Position numbers and translations under genes: made by a program | Assembly (NCBI RefSeq): GCF_009914755.1 | Contig: NC_060937.1 | Source: the human T2T-CHM13v2.0 reference genome, Homo sapiens | DNA: 64,000 bases | Reading direction: 5' to 3' (one strand) | The notes under the pieces: model-generated | Database searches by the model: none | What the model saw: only the letters and a program-made list of their open reading frames with translations | What the model was told of the DNA's origin: nothing | Part shown: positions 49,585 to 64,000 of the stretch, piece by piece | Layout: each line of letters begins with the position of its first letter | Numbering within the stretch: the first letter of the stretch is position 1

Positions 49585-49881
49585 TTATTATTTTTATTTT
49601 TATATTTTTTAGAGACACGGTCTCATTCTGTCATCCATCCTGGAATGTAGTGGCTTGACCGTAACTCACTGCAACCTTGAACTACTGGGCTGACAGTCCT
49701 CCTGCCTCAGCCCCCTGACTGCAGGCATGCGCCACCATGTCTGGGTAATTTTTAAATGTTTAGTAGCATTGAAATCTCACTATGTTGTCTGGGCTGGTGA
49801 CAAACTCCTGGGCTCAAGCAATCCTCCTGCCTCAGCCTCCCAAAGTTCTGGGATTATAGGCGTGAGCCACCACGTCCAGCC
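49585..49881 (-). mobile_element. AluJ
   Basis: Diverged reverse Alu. Confidence 0.85.
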
Positions 49882-50971
49882 CTAAGTGGTCATTTTAGGT
49901 CATAAACTCCATAAGGGCCAAAGGCCTTTTGACTCTCCACATATGGTTGAGTAGAGTACCTGCACTCCACATATATCGGCTGAACTGACTTGTATAGTGT
50001 TCAGAATAACTTTATAGCAATTTCAGAAATACAAGATGAGAAGCAGATTTGCTGTGATTTTAGTTATAAATAACAAGGAAAAAATGTTTTGCTCCTGGTA
50101 AATGAAAGGCACCAGTTTATCCAAAGGACTAAGAAAGGAAACTGACGCCTTGATTTGCTAAATCCAAATCCTTTTGGTACAACAGGGGTGGACAAATGGA
50201 AAAACCTGCCCTAGATGGCTTTGTGATATTTCGTTATGCTCAGAGTAGGTGCTCTATAAATACCTGTTGGATGAATGTTGCATGACTGCAGTTCCTCTAT
50301 AGCTTTAATGAGTTCCTAAGAGCAGCTAGCCATATCCCTTAATAGTACCTTTCTGCTGACAGCAGCAAGCTATGTATGGTGTTAGTACGGTTGCTAGATG
50401 ATGAAGCAGGAGAGAGGTCAATTCTGAATAAACATCTAGGAATTTAGTAAGAGAAGTTGAGCAAAGAGCTGTATAAAACAGCTCTGGATTCCAGTTAATG
50501 TAAACTTCATTCAGTTAGGTATACTAACTTTTTAAAAAACAAAGGCTGATGTCTGGTTACCTGAGCACTGACTCAGGCCCACACGTGAATTTTGGACAAA
50601 ACATTTTAATTTGAATTCTTTTTTGACGGGGCTGATGCAATCCAGTTTTCCAGAGTTTCTAACACTCCCTATTATCTTGCTTTACTCATTTACATAACCT
50701 GTGAATCTCCTGAAACTTCTTCCTGGCTTAGAGGAAACTGAAACTAGAAAGAGAAACCTTTGGATGGCAAACTGGTCTAAAGTTACAATTTAGTCTTCAA
50801 AATTGGTTTAACCAAGCTTTCAGAGCGGATGGGCATGTTTCTTTATCTAATTTGTCTTACAGTTTTGTTTACTGCGACGATCTGTGAAAGACTTAAAAAA
50901 GAAGGGCTCATGATGAGTAATTGTCCAGGGCCCCTTACACATAGGCGTATTTTCATTAATTAAGAATTGTT

Positions 50972-51355
<384 letters not shown>

Positions 51356-51967
51356 TCAGTACACTGATGAAATATTAACTAGTAAACTACTCACCATCAA
51401 TCCCAGCAAACGTTTCTCCCTGGGGCCAACAATTTATTACATGGAAGATCGTCTCCCTTAAGAAGATGTCTTACAGGCTGTAGTTTCTCTTCTATAAATA
51501 AATTATGTTTTTCAAAATATCAAGAGCTATGCTTCATTTTTGAAGAAATTTGTAGTTCTTGGGCCTCATATCTCTATCTAGCGAAGCAAATTGGTAATAC
51601 ACCAATTAAGATACCCGGGTATGAATATAAGAAACACAGTTGTGAAAAAATTATTTATAGAAAATTACCCTTCCTTTTCCAAGGTTCAAAAACCTTGAAT
51701 TGTATCTACTTTATATTTTCTGGAGTTCAGCAAGTTCTTTCTTTTCCGGATAGCCTATTTCTAAATATCTGGACAGTGTCATGCTATTGGAAAATATATG
51801 GGTGTATATAAAACTTATGATTAGCTTGTTTTTCACCACTTTTAAATCAAAGAACCGTTGATATTTGTTAACACGAATGTTATTTAGATATGTTATAGTA
51901 TAATGTGAATAAAATTTTTGTAAATTATGCTAACAATCCTACCAATTTAACAAATATTTATAAAGGG

Positions 51968-52276
<309 letters not shown>

Positions 52277-52279
52277 TCA

Positions 52280-53495
52280 TTTTTGTTTTTGTTTCCTTCA
52301 ACTTTTATTTTAAGTTCTGGAGTACATGTGCAGGATGTGCAGTTTTGTTACATTGGTAAATGTGTGCCATGGTGGTTTGCTGCACAGATCAACCCATCAC
52401 CTTGGTATTAAGCCCAGCATCCATTATCTGTTCTTCCTGATGCTCTCCCTCCCCCCATCAGGCCCTCCCCGCAACAGGCCTCAGTGTGTTTTCTTCCCTG
52501 CCATGTGTCCATGTGATCTCATCATTCAGCGCCCACTTATAAGTGAGAACATGTGTTGTTTTGTTTTCTGTTCCTCTATTAGTTTGCTGAAGATAACAGC
52601 TTCCAGCTCCATCTGTGTCCCTACAAAGGACATGATCTCCTTCCCTTTTATGGCTGCATAGTATTCCATGGTGTATGTGTACCACATTGTCTTTATCCAG
52701 TTTATCATTCATAGGCATTTGGGTTGATTCCATGTCTTTGCTATTGTGAATAGTGTTGCAATAAACATACAGGTGCATGTATATTTATAACAGAATGATT
52801 TATATTCCTTTGGGTATATATCCAGTAATGGGATTGCTGCGTCAAATGCTATTCCTGCCTTTAGATCTTTGAGGAATTGCCATACTGTCTTCCACAAGGG
52901 TTGAACTAATTTACATTCCCATCGACAGTGTAAAAGCTTTCCTTTTTCTCTGCAACCTTGCCAGTATCTGTTGTTTCTGGACTTCTTAATAATTGCCATT
53001 CTGACTGGCATGAGATGATATCTCATTGTGGTTTTGATTTGCCTTTCTCTAAAGATCAGTGATGTTAAGCTTTTTTTTTCCATATGTTTGTTGGCCACAT
53101 GAATGCCTTCTTTTGAGAAGTGTGTGTTTATGTTCTTTGCCTACTTTTTAATGGGGTTGTTTTTTTTCTTGTAAATTTGTTTAAGTTCCTTATAGATTCT
53201 GGATATTAGGCCTTTGTCAGACAGACAGATTGCAAAAATTTTCTCCCATTCTGTATGCTGTCTGTTCACTCCGATGATAGTTTCTTTTGCTATGCAGAAG
53301 CTCTTAGGTTCAATTAGATCCCATTTATCAATTTTTGCTTTGGTTGCAATTGCTTTTGGTGTTTTTGTCATGAAATCCTTACCCGTGCCTATGTTCTAAA
53401 CGGTATTGCCTCAGCAATACTCAGCCTCAGCCCAGTTCTGTGCCCTTGCTGGAGAGGTGTTGCGTTCATTTGGAGGAGAAGAGACACTCTGGCTG
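52280..53495 (-). mobile_element. Primate L1 (older L1PA-type): 3' UTR + ORF2 C-terminus, joined to a short ORF1 N-terminal fragment
   Basis: ORFs 53141..53371, 52709..53098, 52526..52708 translate as L1 ORF2p C-terminus ([20 protein letters not shown]; [17 protein letters not shown]). Confidence 0.9.
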
Positions 53496-54599
53496 TTGTG
53501 TGGTCTCCCTGATGTCCTGGAATGTCCTAGCCAATTGAGTGATGGTTTTTCTCTCCAGTGCATCCTCCCTGACCAGCCAGCTCTTCCTTCCCCAGCTCTT
53601 GCCCTGCAGTGACTCTGAAAGCTTGTTGTTCCATTTACTGCTTGCACTCACTTTATTTCACAGAGTAAAAGGTGCTTTGCAAACATAAGTTTATGTTGTT
53701 TGTCTTCAGCTCCCCCTGTATTCTCTCACCATGTCATTGGCGTGGAGAAGCAGGAACCTAAACATGGGAAGTGAACATCAAAATATGTCATGATCACAGT
53801 GTGCTTCAAGGTAAATACCACTTCAGCACGATATCCATTTGTATAAAGCTTAAAAATAACTGTCACAAAGTAATATATTTTCAGATATATCTATATTTAC
53901 ATCTACATCTCCCCTGTCTATACATAGATACATATCTAGACTATAAAGAAAAGCACAGGGATTATGAACATAACCTTCAGAAGAGTGGTCACCTCTGTTG
54001 CGAAGCAAGGGGACTGGATCAGAGAAGAAATTCCAGCAGTCCTGTAGCTTCCACAGGACTAGAAATGTTTCATACTGCATGAGGTCATGGGTTTATGGAT
54101 GTTATTTAATTGTTATGCTTCATAACTTAGATGCACATCCCATGTTGAGAATACAACATGTTACATTTATATAGTGGGAAACTCTACAGCAATGAGTTTG
54201 AACGAACTACAACTATATGCATCAAAGTAGCTGCATCTCATAAGCATAATATTGAGGGAAAGAAGGTAGAGAAGAGTATACTGAATAATTCAACTCCTAA
54301 ATGAATTATCCTATTAGAAATCAGAAGTAAGTCAGGCAGTGGTTAGCCTCAGGAGGGCGGTAACTAGAAGGAGGCTTCTAAGTACTGGTAATGTTTTGCT
54401 CTTTGGTCTGAGTACTGGTTATGAGTACTGAGTACATACTGTACTGTGTATTTACACTGTGAATGCTCATTGAACTTCATACTTGTGATTTGTGCACTTT
54501 TGGGTATGTTTGTTATACCTCAACCAAAATTTTATATCTCAAAGAAGTCAACGCTGGCCTTTGTCACCTACCTCTGCACACCATAAAAAGTGTGATTAA

Positions 54600-54897
<298 letters not shown>

Positions 54898-54899
54898 GT

Positions 54900-56500
54900 G
54901 TGATTAAATAGACTGATGAATGAAACAGAACTGAATGTCTATGAATAGATCCTAATACATGTGGCACTTTACACAATGATAAAGGTGGCTTTTCAAATTA
55001 GTGATAAATAGAAAATTCAACAAATGGTGTTGGGATAAATGAGTAGCCATTTGGAATAATAAAAATTAGTTTAGCTCTACTTTATATCTTACACCAAGGT
55101 ATATTTCAGATGAATAAAAGATTCTTTTTATTTTTTTAAGAGACAGAGTCTTACGCTGTCATCCAGGCTGCTGGAGTCCAGAGACTCACTACAGCCTTGA
55201 GCTCCTGGACTCAAGTGATCCTCTCTCCTCAGTCTGCTGAGTAGCTGGGACTACAGGTGTGCATCACCATACCTGGCTGCTTGGCTAATTGTTAGTTTTG
55301 TTTTTTTTTTCTAGAAACTGGGTCTCACTATGTTGCGTAGGCTGGTCTCAAACTCCTGGAATCAGGTGATCCTCCAATCTCAGCCTCTCAAAGCATTAGG
55401 ATTACAGGTGTGAGCCACTGTGCCAGGCCCAAAAGATTTAAATTTTAAAATAAAACAATAAAATGAGTCAAAGAAACATTGAGAATAATTTTTATAACTT
55501 TACAGTTCTTTTTAAAAAGCACAATATAGCAAAAGACCTCCTAAAACTAGAAGACTGATGAATTAAATTGTTTAAAAATGTGTGGCAAAATCCACAATAA
55601 ATAAAAAGTTAGATAACAAATTGGGAAAAATATTTCCAATTCATAATGCATATAGACAGCTAACATCACCAGTGTAAAAGAGCTCTTTCAGATCAATAAG
55701 GAAAAGATGAATAAGCCACCAGAAACATGGACAAAAAGTATACACAAACAGTTCATTGAAAAGAAATAAAAGTGACTCAAGGCCAGGTGCGGTGGCTCGT
55801 GCCTGTAATCCCAGCACTTTGGGAGACCGAGGAGTTCGAGAGCAGCCTGACCAACATGGCAAAACCCCGTCTCTACTAAAAATACAACAGTTAGCTGGGT
55901 GCGGTGGCACAGGTCCGTAGTCCCAGCTACTTGGGAGGCTGAGGCAGGAGAATGGCTTGAACCCGGGAGGCAGAGGTTGCAGTGAGCCAAGATCACCTCC
56001 GGCACTCCAGCCTGGGTGATAGAGCAAGATTCTGTCTCAAAAAAAAAAAAAAAAAAAAAGTGACTCAAACGTGAAAAGATGCTCAACCTCACTCATGATG
56101 AATAAAATAAAAATGAAAGCTACAAATATATTATTCCTGTAGTGCTGGAGTACACCAGGTATTATAGAAGTATTTTAAAATACACTTAGTTGGCAAGAGT
56201 ATGGGGAAGCAGGTACTTTCTTACGTTGCAGGTGAATAAAAGTTGGTGAAATCTTTAAGGGCAATAGTTTACTGAAAGGCAAGATCTATTAATATTACAG
56301 ATGAATATACCATCTGAACATATCATTTAATCCAATAATTTTACTTTGGGAATATATCTTACAAATATGTTAGAACATAAGTAAAATTACACACACACAC
56401 ACACACACGTTATTAATCTTATTTTGAGTAGCAAAAAATTGGACCAAAAAATACTAATATCTATCAATAGAAAATTGGTAAATAAAATGCAGCCATCCAA
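54900..56500 (+). mobile_element. Old L1M ORF2/3' remnants interrupted by AluJ (~55125-55429, -) and AluS (~55781-56059, +)
   Basis: A-rich L1-like sequence (TTCAACAAATGGTGTTGGGA; AAAAGATGCTCAACCTCACT). Confidence 0.65.
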
Positions 56501-56687
56501 AAGAATAAAAAACAATTATTTTACAAATATGGAAGAACTTCAAGTGACAAAAGCAATGTGTAGGAGTTGTATAATATTATATAGTATCTATCATTTATAT
56601 TTTTTAAAAGGTAAAAAATATACTTTATAGACTTAGAAATAAAATTAACAATAGAAGTATAAATCGAACTCATAAAATATAAGTGAA

Positions 56688-57271
56688 TAGTAAAGGGTTG
56701 ACTCAGCAGCTATGGGATTGCATGCCTCAAAGAAAAGACTGACTCTTGACCAACTATTAGCTCTTGAAATATCCTGCCTGATAAGAGTGTCTTTGTATAC
56801 CTCGGGCCTTGGGCAATGCCAGAGTTTGTGCTAATAATGTAATTTATGGTGAACACCTGTTTTTGCTTGCCTGGAGCCCTGGGTCATATTGTATGAGTTT
56901 GACTTCATAGGGAGGAATGGGTTGGAGACTGAGTATTAAGGGTCAATAGTCGGGGGTCTTCATGCCTATGCAGCTGACCTTGGACACAAAAGTTTGTGTG
57001 AGCATCCCTGGTTGACAATTCTTTGTCCATATTGTCACACGTCATTGCTGGGAGAATTAAGTTCTGTTCATATAACTCCACAGGGAGAGGACAACTGGAA
57101 GCTGCTCCTGGTTCTGCCTGGACTCTGCCCTAAGTGCCTTTTCCTTCCGAATGTATTCTATAGCCTTTCATCGTAATAAACCATAACCGTGAATAGAACA
57201 GCTTGTCTAAGTTCTGTGAGTCCTTCTAGCTCCTTATTGAATACGGTGGCAGCATTGGGTCCCTCAACACA
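56688..57271 (+). mobile_element. ERVL-type solo LTR (MER21/MER68/MER77 group)
   Basis: GAGAGGACAACTGGAAGCT, AATAAACCATAACCGTGA, GTTCTGTGAGTCCTTCTAG, ends ...CA. Confidence 0.65.
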
Positions 57272-57992
57272 CTAGATAAAGTAATTAGAGAAGCATTTAT
57301 TTTTTTCAGATGCTGGCATTGAAAAGGAATAAGGACTACTTATTGAGTTAAGTATTCAGTTTAAGATGTTAGATAAAGGGCAACAAAATAAAGAAAGTAG
57401 AAGGGGCTGTCTACTGTTTACCATCACACTTTGCTGCCTCTCTTGGACAATCTATAGACAAAGTTAATAAAAGAGTGCAACAAGTTTTCCGAATGCAGAA
57501 TTGATATACAAAAAAAGATTGCATTTCTATATACCAGCAACAACAACTCAGAAAACATAATTTTAAATGCAACACTACTAAAAATAACAACATAATCATT
57601 ATGGAATCATGAAGATGTCAATTCTCCCAAAATTAATCCATAAACTTGATGCAATTCCAATACAAACTCAAGAGGATTTTTTTACAATACTGAACAAGCT
57701 AATGTCACAATTCATGAGGAAGAGCCTATGTTTAAAAACAAAGCACCAAAGTGGGAGACTTGTTCTACCAGATTTAAATAATTATTAAAAAGTTAAGTTA
57801 AACAGTGTAGTATTGGTGCAGAGATAGATGTATAAGCTAATGAAATGAAAGAGGGCCTAGAAAGAGCCCAAATCATATATGGAAATATAAATGACAGACA
57901 TGGCATCAGAACTCAGTGGTAAAAGATGAGAGTATTCATCTCCCATCTTTTTCAAAAGATGTTGAAATTCAAAGGGTGTTGAAATTTTTGGC

Positions 57993-58130
57993 TGTTGATA
58001 TTATAATAAAAATAACATTTGGTCCTTGTCCTTAGTTCCTGACACACAGCTCCTGAAGTCCTTGGAATCTCCAGAGTGATGACTGAGTTAATCACCAATG
58101 GTGAATGGCAATGATTATCTGTGAGGACCA
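57993..58130 (+). mobile_element. MER21-like LTR 5' fragment
   Basis: TTTGGTCCTTGTCCTTAGTTCCTGACACACAGCTCCT...CCTTGGAATCTCC. Confidence 0.5.
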
Positions 58131-58375
58131 AAGCTGAGTCTTCGTGCTTAGGGCAGGAGCGCAGACAAGGAGAGGGGCTCTTCCTTCTGAGGCTTGTCAT
58201 CTAGAACTCATTGTCACTGGAAGCCAGAGCCTAAATGGGCCTATCAGTTGCCTTGGGTTATAAGAACAAGTTTGAGTATTTATTCATTTATTTATCTTGA
58301 GTTCGGGGCCCCTGTGTATCTGCTCACTGCCTGCCCGCAGTTCAGCTTGTGCTTGGCTCACTCACCATTCAGCGA

Positions 58376-58409
58376 AATGAAGGAACCAGCGGAATGAAGG
58401 AACCAGCGG
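58376..58409. repeat. 17-bp tandem duplication AATGAAGGAACCAGCGG x2
   Basis: Direct reading. Confidence 0.92.
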
Positions 58410-58820
58410 AGGGACCTCCGGGAGGAGGCGCTGCCCAGCGAGCCTGGCGCCGGGGGGCGGGGCCTGACGGGAGCTCTGCTCAGGCTTCAACATGGCGGGC
58501 CGTTTCGGTTGACTTCGCCTGTGGAAACCGAATTCCCCCTCCATGGTTTCCCCAGGATATGAGTTGGGGGCCTCACCTCGCCTATAAGGGTCAGGCGAGC
58601 TTTCTGGATGCTCGAGGGACCTTTCGGCCTGCGCAGCCGGAGCAGCTTGTCCCAATGCCCTGCCATTTCTGTGAGGGCCCACGAGGCCTGGAGGAGCCTC
58701 GGAGCCCCCGCAGGCCCTCGCGTCACTGCCTCAAGAGGGTGCTCGGAGCCCTGCTCGGGAGCTGGTCCCCAACGAGGTGTGGAACCCCTTCTTGCTGGAA
58801 CTCCACGGAGAGACTGGTAA
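58380..58820 (+). promoter_or_regulatory. CpG-rich promoter-like island; possibly the 5' end of a transcribed pseudogene/lncRNA (TPTE2P3/LINC00345 region, from memory)
   Basis: GC box 58454-58463, YY1-like AACATGGCG 58489-58497, candidate donor CTG|GTAATA at 58817; no recognisable CDS. Confidence 0.55.
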
Positions 58821-58958
58821 TAAGATAGTAATAAGACCGACTACTGTTTATTGAACCTCCGCTAGTCACTGGCTGTCACGGGTTGGGCGAGAGGTGGAAT
58901 ATAAGGCCCAGAGTTCCTCTATTATAGCCATGGAGAGCCATTAATACCTGCTTAATAG

Positions 58959-59354
<396 letters not shown>

Positions 59355-59659
59355 TGAGGATTTGGCCTCTGACTCGCTGCAGTTGCCACACTGCAGTTGC
59401 CACACTGTGGCCTTAGAACAGTCTTATCCAGTCCTGAAAACCCCAGTGCCTTGGAAACATCAGGATTGGTCAGAAGGACAGTAAGTCCTTAAGGCGCCAG
59501 CCCCTGCTCCTCCCCCCAGATTGAGGGGTAAGTATTCCAAGCTCTATGCAGGACCCTAATCCTGGATGTGGACACCCACAGTCCTGCTAGGACCTGCTTC
59601 CAGAAGAGTTGATCCCAGCCGTGAAAGTGCATGATGCCTTCAGCGAAGCAGGCAGGAAA

Positions 59660-59865
59660 GGCTCAAGTGATCCTCCTGTATCACCCTGGTGAGTAGCCAG
59701 TAGCTGGGACCACAGGCGCGCACCACCACGCCTGCCTAATTTCTTTGTAGAGACGGCCTTCGTCATGTTGCCCAGGCTGCTCTGGAAGTCCTGAGCTCAA
59801 GCGATGCGCCTGCCTTGGTCTTCCAAAGTGCTGGGATTACAGGCGTGAGCCACCACGCTCAGCCC
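59660..59865 (-). mobile_element. Partial AluJ lacking its 3' end
   Basis: Reverse Alu starting mid right arm. Confidence 0.8.
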
Positions 59866-59984
59866 AATTTGTGATCTTTCATGCACTCTTTCATGTAGCA
59901 TGTTTTCAAGGTTCATCCAACTTGCAGTGTCTTAATGCTGAATAATATTTCATTGTGTAGATATAATGTATTTTTCAAGTTTTG

Positions 59985-64000
<4,016 letters not shown>

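Noticed and set aside
52458-53371. Possible functional L1 ORF2
   Set aside because: Frameshifted C-terminal fragments only; no intact endonuclease or RT domain
58349-58828. 159-aa and overlapping ORFs in the third CpG island
   Set aside because: Low-complexity GC-driven ORFs with no recognisable domain

Overview
Human genomic DNA: about 50 Alus, including a human-specific AluYb8-type copy. I recognise it from the encoded proteins as the VPS36/CKAP2 locus (13q14.3, from memory). The minus strand carries coding exons 1-6 of VPS36 (ESCRT-II subunit, GLUE domain; ATG at 19417), which runs off the left edge. The plus strand carries the complete 9-exon CKAP2/TMAP gene (ATG 24380 to TAA 44626); my hand-spliced CDS is 2052 nt = 683 aa with all GT-AG junctions in phase. 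The two genes are divergent, about 5 kb apart, each with its own CpG island. A third CpG-rich promoter-like island lies at about 58.4-58.8 kb. The rest is Alu, L1, L2, MIR, LTR and DNA-transposon relics; nearly all listed ORFs are repeat artefacts. I found no convincing new multi-gene system. The best leads are a decayed copy of the VPS36 start-codon region ~950 bp upstream of the real one, a (GGTGGC)6 repeat that reads as in-frame poly-Gly just after CKAP2 exon 1, a complete poly(A) site 4 nt after the CKAP2 stop, and several recent-looking structural events. Repeat boundaries and subfamily names are by-eye estimates.
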